From the IMG/VR virus record IMGVR_UViG_3300044630_004883: a stretch of 64,000 nucleotides of DNA, one strand, 5' to 3'. Positions 46,646 through 59,500 of this stretch are shown piece after piece. The translations under genes were made by a program, and so were the position numbers. Source of the stretch: an uncultured virus (IMG/VR IMGVR_UViG_3300044630_004883). Taxonomy: Duplodnaviria > Heunggongvirae > Uroviricota > Caudoviricetes. The notes beneath the pieces were generated by a model that worked only from the letters and a program-made list of their open reading frames with translations, ran no database searches and was not told where the DNA came from. Position 1 is the stretch's first letter. Every line of letters begins with the position of its first letter.

Positions 46646-47524
46646 TTATTTCCAATTTACAGGTATTGATGCGTAATTTGTAATTCCAGTACAATTGTTA
46701 AATGCGTTTGTACCTAATGGTTCAGGTGACCTAGACCAAAGTGCTTCAACAGTTCCCCAACTAGCTGAACCATTGGTTATGGAACTCATATTAAATATAT
46801 TCGTAAATACCGTAACATTTGGATTATATGAAAATGTTGGTATATTTGTTAACGCTCTATTATTTCTAAATGTAGATGAAAAGTTAATTACTTGTGTATT
46901 ATATCTGAATAATTCATTTGGTACACTCACTAATGATGTACATGCGTTAAAAGTTGAGTTAAATGATGTTACTAAAGTACATTCATCAAATAAATTGTTT
47001 GGAACTGATGTTATTCTTGTAAATGAAAATGTATCTATAAAATCCAATACTATTGGAGAATAACTAAATAAATCAGATGGGATTGATGTTATACCAGTAC
47101 CCCTAAATGTATTGTTAAATTGAGTTATTCTACTTAAACCAATTGCACCACCAGGTATTGATGTTATATTTGTACATCCATAAAAGTTAATACTTCTTAA
47201 TCCAACATTTCCCCAATCAAGTATCGCAGTATATAATACTCTATATGTACTATTATCAACCCTAAATCCAGGTAGTGAACCAATTACAGATACCGTATAT
47301 GTACCAGCGGTTGCATATGTATGAAATCTATTAATATCAGTTACACTTTCTATAATAGGTGATGAATTACCATCACCCCATCCTACTTGAACTTTTGGTT
47401 GAGTACCACCAACAGTTACTAAAGGTAATTCAAATAATTGCCCAGCACCAACTGTTAGTTGGAATTGAAATGGTAGTACCTCACTACCACCGGCTGCTGT
47501 TACTAATCTTCTTGCTATACTCAT
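46646..47524 (-). CDS. PKD-like + BspA/DUF285-type leucine-rich-repeat protein (putative adhesin)
   Basis: VGWGDG...HTYATAGTYTV (PKD), then repeats of FxxTFxxxxITSIPxxLF. Confidence 0.75.
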   Translation of the reverse strand: MSIARRLVTAAGGSEVLPFQFQLTVGAGQLFELPLVTVGGTQPKVQVGWGDGNSSPIIESVTDINRFHTYATAGTYTVSVIGSLPGFRVDNSTYRVLYTAILDWGNVGLRSINFYGCTNITSIPGGAIGLSRITQFNNTFRGTGITSIPSDLFSYSPIVLDFIDTFSFTRITSVPNNLFDECTLVTSFNSTFNACTSLVSVPNELFRYNTQVINFSSTFRNNRALTNIPTFSYNPNVTVFTNIFNMSSITNGSASWGTVEALWSRSPEPLGTNAFNNCTGITNYASIPVNWK

Positions 47525-47531
47525 AACTTTC

Positions 47532-50500
47532 TTAACTTAAATTTGCTGCGGATAAGAATCCATAATATGTTGTTCCACCATCATAAGTATAGAATACTAA
47601 AATATCAGTTCCATTTGCAGTTAACGCAGGTGCTATACCACCAGCCCAATCTACTGATGCCGGCCATGTTGTTGTAAAGTTACCACCATTCACATAAACC
47701 AACGTAAATCCAAATCCCTGAGGAGATGATGGTGGGTTTGAGAATGTGTAAGTAACATTTGCATTAGCCGTATATCTAAAATTATTTGCAGTTGTTAAAT
47801 TAATTGTTACACTTCCACCCGTACCTAAATTAGAAAATAATTCTCTAAAGTTAGGTGTATAAACTGATGTATTTGCAGTTACATTATTTCCAGTTATATT
47901 ACCTGATATAGTTGCGTTACCCGTTACATCTAATAAAGTACCATCATAAGTAAGTCCACTTTCAGCTGTAATATTGGGTGATGACCCATTTAGTGTAAGA
48001 ACTCCGTTATTAGTAGTTCCAGTAATTGTAGCCGATATCCCAGATGAACCAGATGTACCAGATGAACCACCATCACCAGTAATACCAGATGTACCACTTA
48101 AACCACTTGAACCACTTGAACCAGCCATTCCAGATGTTCCAGATGAACCACTACTTCCAAATAAAGTTCCATCTAAACCAGATGTACCTGCGGTTCCAGA
48201 TGAACCATTTGTACCCAATCCAGATGAACCCGATGTACCAGATGTACCGGATGAACCAAATAAAGTTCCATCCTGCCCAGATGTTCCAGAAGTACCATTA
48301 GTACCTAATCCAGATGTACCATTAGTACCTAATCCAGATGTACCAGAAGTACCACTACTTCCGAATAAAGTTCCATCTTGTCCACTTGTTCCAGATGAAC
48401 CATTTGTTCCAATGCCAGATGTTCCATTACTTCCACTTACTCCGCTTGTTCCAGAAGAACCACTACTTCCAAATAAAGTTCCATCTTGTCCACTTGTCCC
48501 AGATGTTCCAGCAGTACCCGTTATACCAGATGTACCATCAGTACCAATACCAGATGTTCCCGATGTTCCAGAAGAACCAAATAAAGTTCCATCCTGTCCA
48601 GATGTTCCCGAAGTACCAGCGGTGCCCGTTATACCAGAAGTACCAGATGAGCCACTTTCACCACTTGTACCAGAAGTACCTGATGAACCAAATAATGTTC
48701 CATCTTGTCCAGAAGTACCTGATGTTCCATTCGTACCAACTCCAGATGTTCCAGAAGAACCACTTTCACCTGATGTTCCGCTTGTACCAGACGAACCAAA
48801 TAAAGTTCCATCTTGTCCAGAAGTACCCGATGTTCCATTAGTTCCAACACCAGATGTTCCAGACGAACCACTTTCACCTGATGTACCAGATGTTCCAGAT
48901 GAACCGAATAAAGTTCCATCTTGCCCAGAAGTACCTGATGTTCCATTTGTACCTAACCCAGAAGTACCAGATGAACCACTTTCACCTGATGTTCCAGATG
49001 TACCAGATGAACCGAATAACGTACCATCCTGTCCACTTGTTCCAGAAGTACCATTTGTACCTAACCCAGATGTTCCTGATGAACCACTTTCACCACTTGT
49101 ACCAGATGTTCCAGACGAACCGAATAAAGTTCCATCTTGTCCAGAAGTACCTGATGTTCCATTTGTCCCAATACCACTTGTACCAGATGAACCACTTTCA
49201 CCACTTGTCCCAGATGTTCCACTACTTCCAAATAAAGTTCCATCTTGTCCACTAGTCCCAGAGGTTCCGTTTGTACCTAAACCAGAAGTACCTGATGAAC
49301 CACTTTGACCACTTGTTCCAGATGTTCCACTACTTCCAAATAAAGTTCCATCTTGTCCGCTTGTTCCAGAGGTTCCGTTTGTACCTAAACCAGAAGTACC
49401 TGATGAACCACTTTGACCTGATGTACCAGATGTACCACTACTTCCAAATAAAGTTCCATCTTGTCCGCTTGTTCCAGACGTACCAGCAGTTCCACTACTT
49501 CCGCTTGTTCCAGATGAACCAGATGTACCAGATGTACCAGCAGTTCCATTACTTCCAAAGAATGTTCCATCTTGTCCGCTTGTTCCAGAAGTTCCAGATG
49601 TACCACTTGAACCGGATGTACCATTAGTACCAACACCAGATGTTCCAGAGGTTCCAGATGAACCAAAGAATGTTCCATCTTGTCCGCTTGTTCCAGAAGT
49701 TCCAGATGTACCGCTTGAACCACTCAAACCACTTGTTCCACTACTTCCACTTGTACCAGAAGTACCCGATGAACCAGAAGAACCGAAGAATGTTCCATCA
49801 ACTCCACTTGTTCCAGAAGTTCCACTACTTCCCGATGTTCCAGTTGAACCAGAAGAACCCGAAGTACCACTACTTCCAAATAAAGTTCCATCTAAACCAG
49901 ATGTACCTGCGGTTCCAGATGTTCCAGATGTACCACTTGAACCAGATGTACCACTACTTCCACTACTTCCACTTGTCCCAGAAGTTCCACTAATTCCCGA
50001 TGAACCAGACGTACCATTAGTACCAGATGAACCAGATGAACCACTTGTACCAGACGAACCTGAAGTTCCATTTAAACCTGAAGTTCCAGATGTACCATTT
50101 GAACCAGATAAACCACTTGTTCCAGATGTACCATATGAACCAGATGTACCATCCGTTCCAGTTGAACCAGAAGTTCCACTACTTCCACTCGTTCCATCAA
50201 CTCCACTTGTTCCAGATGAACCAGATGAACCAGATGTACCATCCGTTCCCGTTGAACCACTTGAACCAGAAGTTCCACTACTTCCACTCGTTCCATTCGA
50301 ACCACTTGTCCCACTTGTCCCAGAAGAACCAGAAGTACCAGAAGTTCCACTACTACCAGTTGAACCAGAAGAACCAGAAGTACCACTACTTCCTGATGTA
50401 CCATTCGAACCACTCGTACCACTTGTTCCAGAAGAACCACTTGTCCCATCCGTTCCCGTTGAACCACTTGTTCCAGATGTTCCACTACTTCCGCTTGTTC

Positions 50501-53500
50501 CATTTGAACCACTCGTACCACTTGTCCCAGAAGAACCACTACTTCCCGATGTACCATCAGTACCGGTTGAACCAGATGAACCAGAAGTACCACTACTTCC
50601 ACTCGTTCCGTTTGTACCAGAGGTTCCAGATGTTGCACTTGTTCCAGATGTACCTGATGTTCCACTCGTTCCCGATGTTCCAGAAGAACCAGATGTTCCA
50701 GATGAACCATTCTCACCACTAGTTCCAGAAGTTCCAGAAGTTCCCGATGTACCACTTGTCCCAGATGTACCAGAAGTGCCAGAAGTTCCCGATGTACCAG
50801 ATGTACCCGATGTTCCATCTAATCCGCTTGTTCCACTTGAACCAGAAGTACCATCAACTCCACTTGTCCCGCTTGAACCAGAAGTTCCAGATGAACCACT
50901 TTCACCGCTCGTACCACTCGTACCAGAAGAACCACTACTTCCACTCGTTCCACTCGTTCCAGACGAACCAGATGAACCAGATGAACCAGAAGAACCCGAT
51001 GTCCCACTACTTCCACTACTTCCTGATGAACCCGATGTTCCACTACTTCCACTACTTCCACTTGAACCACTACTACCACTTGAACCAGAAGTTCCACTAC
51101 TACCACTCGTTCCAGAGGTACCAGAAGTACCACTACTTCCACTTGTTCCAGAAGAACCAGAGGTTCCACTTGTCCCAGAAGAACCTGAAGTTCCACTCGT
51201 ACCAGATGTTCCACTACTACCAGAAGTACCAGATGTACCAGAAGTTCCGTTTTTATCAACAATTTCAATAATTCCAATCATTGATGAATGAACTGCACAT
51301 TGATAAACAATATTGTTTGGTGCATCTTCAGGTACTCTATATGCTATTAAATCAGTTGTTCCAGCTAATCCATTTAATGGGTCATTATTTATTGTACCAT
51401 CTACAACTGAAGTATTACCGCTTGATAATCTTAATGCAAATGGGTGTGATGCTGAAACTCCACTTACATCAAAGTAAAATAATTCACCTCTTACTAATGT
51501 TAAGGTTGGGAATGTAGCATCATCATATCCATCAAATGCATAATTGAATCCATCATTAATTACTTCGAAAAGTCTACCACCTTCTCTACCAGATGTTCCA
51601 GAAGAACCAGAAGTGCCCGATGTTCCCGAAGAACCAGATGTACCAGTAGTACCACTTGAACCAGACGTTCCACTCGTACCACTACTTCCACTTGAACCAC
51701 TTGTTCCAGATGAACCTGATGAACCAGAGGTTCCAGACGAACCTGATGTTCCTGAAGAACCACTACTTCCACTACTTCCACTCGTTCCGCTTGTTCCAGA
51801 TGAACCAGACGAACCTGATGAACCAGAGGTTCCACTACTTCCACTACTTCCGCTTGAACCACTACTTCCGCTTGAACCAGATGTTCCAGATGAACCACTA
51901 CTACCACTTGAACCACTTGAACCAGATGTTCCAGAAGAACCACTTGAACCAGATGTTCCAGAAGAACCACTACTTCCAGAAGAACCAGATGTTCCACTAC
52001 TTCCAGATGTTGCTGAAGTACCAGACGTTCCAGATGTTCCACTTGTCCCACTTGTTCCAGATGAACCACTACTTCCACTACTTCCAGAAGTACCAGACGT
52101 TCCAGATGTTCCAGATGTTGCTGAAGTACCAGACGTTCCAGATGTTCCACTTGTTCCACTTGTCCCAGATGAACCAGACGTACCATTTGTTCCAGATGTA
52201 CCTGATGTTCCAGATGTACCTGATGTTCCACTCGTACCAGAAGTTCCACTACTTCCACTCGTTCCACTCGTTCCGCTTGTTCCAGATGTACCACCAGTTC
52301 CAGATGTACCACCAGTTCCAGATGTACCATCTACTCCACTCGTACCAACAGCTGCATCGATTGATTGTTGTTCTAATCTTCCAGTTGTTGGGTTATAGGT
52401 AACCACTAAATTTGTTGAACCTAATGGTAAATTTTGTATGAATGTACTACCAGTTACAATTAAACTACCCGATACATTTAAACTTCCCGTTAGTGCAGCA
52501 TAACCTTCAAATGGGAAACCAGTACCACTTCCACCACCAACTGCGTTTAATGCGTATTCGGCTATTGATGCAAATGATGATGAGAACACATACATTGATG
52601 CGGTTTGAGATGATAGTAAATCACCATCACCAGTACCACCGCCACCTAAGATAGTTACTAATATACCATCAGAACCAGAATCAATTACACTTACACCAGA
52701 ACCAGTAAAGTTAATTTTTCCAGTTTCAGTTTGTACTAACGAACTTGTATAGTAAATGAATAAATCAGTTCCACCACTACCAGCTTCACCAGCATTTAAT
52801 GCGTAAGATGCAGTAAGAGCGAAAGATGAACTCAACACCGTCATAGATGATGTTTGTTCGTTTCTTACAAAGTTTTGTAAATCGTTTAATAATGCAAGAG
52901 ATGCCGAATCAATACCAGCTACATTTAATGCAGTATCAGCAGTTTCTGCTGAAATTGCTCTAGACGCTGATGGTACAATTCCAATTACGTTGTTACCACT
53001 AATTGCTCCACTTATTTTTGAACCACCACTACCAACTACTACAACTCCAGAAGTTAAACCACTAAATACTACTCTAACTCTATCACTGTCCAATGGTATG
53101 ATAGCTTGAGGTATAATCATTCCATTTGTACCAGCTTCATAAACTTGTACGATTGGATAATCAACATCAAAGTTGTGTACAACCGTTACTTCAGTTACAT
53201 TTGTAAATGGTTCTGCGGTTGTTGGTGTACTCTCAGGTACAGGTACATATTTAGAACGGGCCGCATCATAGATAAGAATATCTCTATCTTCAGCATCACC
53301 CTCTCCATAGTATCCACCATAGAATGAACCGGTAATTTGTCCACCATAAATTACAGGTGCGTATATATTTTTTTCAACACTTAAGTTTCCACTAACTGAT
53401 GCGGATGCGTTAACAACTAATCCAAAGTTTGGTGAAAGTACCGTTGTAAATGAACCACTTTGTAAAAGTGAAGTTTCAAATGATAAGTTAGCTATATTGA

Positions 53501-56500
53501 TGTTAGTCAATCCACTACCATCTCCAACAAATGATGAACCAGAAGATAAAATAACACTTCCACCAGTTACAAATAATCCACCACTTACACTAAGTGAACC
53601 AGATATAGATGTTTTTGTACCAACCTCAAATCCTTTATCAGGTGAAATTACCGCCTGAGTTGAACCAGATATAATTCTATCTAATTGAAGGTCTTGTAAT
53701 GCGTTTGCAGGAATGTTAAATAATCCACTACCATCTCCATCAAATCGAGATGCTGTTATTGGAACGTTTACATCTAATTTTAATGGGTCAATAATTGCTA
53801 TACCAGAGCCAGAGTTAATTTTTACTAATTGTAAATCTTCAAGTGCTTCTAATGGAATATTGAATAACCCACTACCATCACCACTAAATAAAGATGCCGA
53901 TATTGAACCACTAATATCAACTGAACCCGTAAACTCAGAACCACTTCGTGCGGATTCTACTTTAAATCCAAAATTAGGTGAAACTGAAGCCGTTACTGAA
54001 CCAGATGAAATTCTTGGAGATGCTGCAGCGGTTACGTTTGTGATAAAAGTACCATCACCAAATATAAATTTGTTTACATATATTGATTCAGATACATAAA
54101 CTGAACCACTAAATTCGGATTTAATTGCTCTTAATGTAGTACCATCTAAAACTCTAAAGTGGCCATCAGTAGATACCGAAGCAGTAACGGAACCAGTGTA
54201 AATTCTAGAAGTATCAATTGCCAAATTAGCAATATCAATATTTGTCAATCCACTACCATCTCCAGTATAAATACCATCAATAGTTATTGAACCAGATACA
54301 TCAATTGAACCAGTAAATTTAGAACCACTATCCAAAGATTCAACTTTGAATCCTTCAGTTGGTGTTACGGATGCCGTAACTGAACCACTCACTAAACGAT
54401 ATACATCAAATGATAAGTTAGCAAGTGAAATATTAGTTAATCCACCACCATCTCCAAAGAATGAACCAGAGAATGAACCAGATAATTCATTTGCTTTTAC
54501 AATACTTGAACTTATAGTTTGGGTTACATATAAACTTCCACTTACATCAACTGAACCAGTAAATTCAGAACCACTTTCAGCTGATACTACTACAAATCCA
54601 AAATCAGGTGTTACTGATGCGGTTACACTACCACTTTTAATTTCAGTTGAAATAAGTGCTTCAATTGCTTCAGTAGAAAGTGCGGTTAGTGGGATATTAA
54701 ATAAGTTTTCACCACTACCACTAAATGATGAACCACTAACAACCTCAATATTACCACTTACAAAAAGTGAACCACTAAATGTAGAACCACTTTCGATTGA
54801 AGTTACAACAAATCCGTTATCAGGTGTTACTGATGCGGTAACTGAACCACTTGCGATTAAGTTTGATAAAAGTGCATCAGGCGTTAATGCTGCTCTTGGT
54901 ATATCGAACAATCTAGCACCACTACCACTAAACGATGAACCACTACTTAATTCTACTCCACCACTTACAAATAATGAACCTGTAAATTGTGAACCACTAT
55001 CAATTGATTCTACTTTAAATCCAAACTCATTCGAAACTGATGCCGTTACACTACCACTAGCCAATATTCCACTTTGGATTGCCAATAGTGAATTAATTGC
55101 ATCTTGTGCATCAGGTGAAAATGCTGATATTGGGATATTGAATAAATCAGCTCCACTACCACTAAATGTTGAACCACTATTTATAGAAACACCACCACTT
55201 ACAAAAAGTGAACCACTAAATGTAGAACCACTTTCGATTGAAGTTACAACAAATCCGTTATTAGGGTTAACCGATGCCGTTACACTTCCACTAGCAATTA
55301 ATGTTGCTGCTTCAGTAAGTGCTGATTGTGGGATATTAAATAATCCACTACCATCACCAGTGATTACACCATCAACAGTCAAAGAACCAGTTATTTTAAC
55401 CGAACCAGTCATTTGTTGTATATCTGTCAATGAATCACCAAATATATTTGAACCAGAAGAATAAATTACTTCCGAATTTATAAACGTTACATTTATTTCT
55501 GTTGCGTTGATTGCCCCAGCTACATTTAAATCACCATCAATAGATGCGGATGTATTAACAACTAATCCTAAATTTGGTGAAATAGATGCAGTAGCAGAAC
55601 CACTAGCAATTCTATTTGAATCTCCAGTTAAATTAGAAAAAGGAATATCGAATAAATTTCTACCACTACCACTAAATGAACCAGTTACTAATTCTATATT
55701 ACCAAAGAATTTTGAACCACTTTCAATTGATGTTACAACAAATCCAGTATTTGGTGCTACTGATGCGGTAACTGAACCAGATGTAATAGTTGTACTAATA
55801 AGTGCATCAGGTGTTAGTGCTGTTCTTGGTATGTTAAATAATTTTGCACCACTACCAGAGAAAGAACCAGTTACCAATTGAACATCACCAAAGAAAGTTG
55901 AACCACTTACAACTGATGTTACAATAAATCCATTTTGAGGGTGAGTTGATGCGGTAACCGAACCACTAAATATTTTAGAAGTATCTAAATCAGAAATTGC
56001 TGATTTTGGTATATCAAATAATCTTGCACCACTACCAGAGAAAGAACCAGTTGCTAATTGAATATCACCAAAGAAAGTTGAACCACTTTGATATGATATA
56101 ACAACAAACCCAGTATTTGGTGCTACCGATGCAGTTACACTTCCACTTACAATGAATGATGAAAGTAACGCATCTTCAGTTAATGCTGAACGGGGGATAT
56201 TTGTTAACCCCTCACCACTACCACTAAAGTATCCACTACCAGATAGAATTTTTACTTGCCCTAATACTTTAACAGAACCAGTAAATTGTGAACCACTATC
56301 CAATGATTCTACTTTGAATCCAAAATTAGGAGATACTGATGCAGTAACAGACCCACTTTGGATACGAGTTGATGCAATTACCTCTTCAGCAAATGCAGAT
56401 AAAGGAATATTAGTTAATCCAGCTCCACTACCACTAAAGAATGAACCAATATTAGCTTGTATGTTTCCATTTGCTATGATATCATCATTAGATACAATAC

Positions 56501-59500
56501 CATTATTTGCTATTATATTACCATAGAAAGTTGAACCACTTTTGAAAGAATCAACTACAAAACCATTCTCATTTGAAACAGATGCAGTTATTTCACCATC
56601 TTGGATAATAGATATTTGAATATTAGTAATTTGAGAACCATCTCCTGCAAAATTACCTCTAAATTCAGATGCAGTTACAAATGTATTAACTCTAACAGAA
56701 CCAGTAAATTGTGAACCATATGCCTGAGATGTAACTATAAATCCATTAGAATCATCAACTGAGGCAGTTACATTACCATCGGTAATTACAGGTATAGTTA
56801 TATTTGTTAATCCACTACCATCACCTCTAAATAAAGATGCTGATACCGAACCAGATACATCTATTGAACCAGTAAATTCCGAACCACTTTGAGCCGAATT
56901 TACTACAAATCCAATATTAGGAGATACCGATGCCGTTACTGAACCTGATTTTATTTCAGTTGAAATAAGTGCATCTTCAGTTAATGCCGAACGAGGTATG
57001 TTTAATAACCCCTGCCCACTACCACTAAAGAATGAACCAGTTAATGCTTGAATAATACCACCACCACTTACAAATAATGAACCACTTACATTTACAGACC
57101 CAGTAACATAAACTGAACCTTTAAATGTAGAACCACTTAATGGTGATGTTACTACAAATCCATTTATATTATCAACAGATGCAGTTACTTGCCCATCTGC
57201 TATGAAATTTCTATTAATTACCTCTTCAGATAATGCTGATAATGGAATATTAAATAATCCCTCACCACTACCAGAGTAAAATGAACCAGATTTAAGAGTT
57301 ACACTACCACTTACATCAATTGAACCAGTAAATTCAGAACCAAATTGTGCAGATTCTACTTTAAATCCAAAATTACTTCCAACAGAAGCCGTTACTGAAC
57401 CGGTTGCTATCCTAGTAGCTTGAGCTACTTGTTCAGCTAATGCAGATAATGGAATATTAAATAAACCAGCACCACTACCACTAAACATTGATGCAGTTAC
57501 AGTTCCCCTTACATTAAGGTTATCTCTAAGTCTAACCGAACCTGTAAATTCCGAACCACTTGCAACTGAAATTACTTGAAATCCATTTTGTGGAGTTACC
57601 GATGCGGTAACTGAACCACTTGCTATTATATTTGATAATTGTGCATCCGGTGTTAATGCTGCTCTTGGTATATTGAATAAACCAGCACCACTACCAGTAA
57701 ACATCGATGCGGTTACATTACCAGCTACTATAAGATTATCTCTAAATCTAACTGAACCACTAAATTGTGAACCACTTTGGATTGAAGTTACTACAAATCC
57801 AGCTTTAGGGTCAACGGATGCCGTTACACTTCCACTTGTTATTAAATTTGATAATAATGCATCCGGTGTTAATGCTGCCCTAGGAATATCAAATAAACCA
57901 GCACCACTACCACTAAACATTGATGCGGATACGTTTCCACTAACATCAACTGAACCTGTAAACTCAGAACCACTTTGTTGTGATTCAACTCTGAATCCAA
58001 AGTTTGGAGAAACAGACGCTGTTACTGAACCCGATGATATAAATGTACTCAATAATGCATCAGGTGTTAATGCTGCTCTCGGAATATTAAATAAACCAGC
58101 ACCACTACCACTAAAAATTGAACCACTATTTATAGAAATACCACCACTTACAAATAATGAACCTGTAAATTGTGAACCGCTTTCGATTGAAGTTACAACA
58201 AATCCAGACTTAGGGTCAACCGATGCGGTTACACTTCCACTACTAATTAATGGTGATACAAGTGCATCAGGCGTTAAAGCTGCTCTCGGAATATTAAATA
58301 AACCAGCACCACTACCACTAAACATTGATGCAGTTACATTACCATCTACATATACCGATGAGCTAAACTCTGCTCTATTGGTACCCTCTAATCTAAATCC
58401 ATAATTTGGATTAACCGATGCCGTTACACTTCCACTACCAATTAATGGAGAAACCAATGCATCCGGTGTTAATGCTGCCCTTGGAATATCGAATAAACCA
58501 GCACCACTACCAGTAAACATCGATGCGGTTACATTACCAGCTACAAATAGTGAAGAACTAAATTCTGCTCTATTGGTACCTTCTAATCGAAACCCATAAT
58601 TTGGATTAACCGATGCGGTGACCGAACCTGATGTAATAAATGCCGACAGAAGAGCGTCAGGCGTTAAAGCTGCCCTCGGAATATCAAATAAGTTAGCACC
58701 ACTACCACTAAATGATGAACCACTAACAATTTCTATGTTTCCACTCACAAAAAGTGAAGAACTGAACTCTGCTCTTGTAGTTCCTTCTAATCTAAACCCA
58801 TAAGATTCATTAACGGATGCCGTAACAGCCCCATCAACGATTCTTGGTGATTCTGCTGCCGCAGGAAGGTTAAATAACTTACTACCATCACCCTCAAAGA
58901 AGGATGCTGAAGCTGTATTTGATATGTAAACGTTATTACTGAATCTACCCTCACCATTTACATCAAATGAACCTGTAACTGATACAGAACCAGTGAATTC
59001 TTGTAAATCTACTAATGAATTTCCAAATCGGTTTGACCCAGATGAAAAAATAATTGAAGATGATATGATTTGAACCAATATTTCTCTTGCAACTATCCTA
59101 TTATTAACATATAAGTCACCAGTAACCCTAACATCACCATTTATATCCATATCACCATCAAAAGATGATGATACATTTACTAAAAATCCGGTTTGTGGTG
59201 AAATTGATGCCGATGCTGAACCAGAAATTAATCTAGAAGCATCTTTTACTAAGGGTAAATTGGTTAATCGTGAACCATCTCCTTGAAATGAACCACTAAA
59301 TGAACCACTATACTCAGGAAATTGTAATTTTGTTACAAATAAACGATTACCAAACTCATCAGATGCTAATAAAGCAACTGAACCGCTCGATAAACTACCA
59401 CTAATAGGTACCCCTAAATTAGGTTCTGCTTCATTCAGTTGAAGAAACTCATATCTATCTTCAGAAACATTCTGAGGAAGCGTTACTTTTACCTTACCAC

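Noticed and set aside
33674..47524. Diversity-generating retroelement acting on fibre tips or the C-type lectin
   Set aside because: No reverse transcriptase in the window, and I saw no near-identical repeat pair differing only at adenines. One could lie outside the window.
48100..49900. Regularly spaced DNA repeats suggesting a CRISPR array
   Set aside because: Units are degenerate at third codon positions, in frame within a CDS, and lack unique spacers. No cas genes are present.
43010..52346. Calling the Gly-X-Y tracts ordinary collagen
   Set aside because: They have essentially no Pro and few charged residues, unlike typical phage or bacterial collagen-like repeats. The structure is left open.
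42807..52402. Long plus-strand Pro/Val/Glu-rich ORFs and alternative-frame His/Gln- or Val/Leu-rich ORFs (e.g. 42807..44636, 47974..49308, 51544..52398)
   Set aside because: These are shadows of the Gly-Ser/Thr codon repeats, which lack stops in other frames. They begin and end with the tracts.
53713..58803. Plus-strand ORFs (e.g. 54346..55464, 57673..58404)
   Set aside because: Antisense shadows of the SGSVTASV repeat array.
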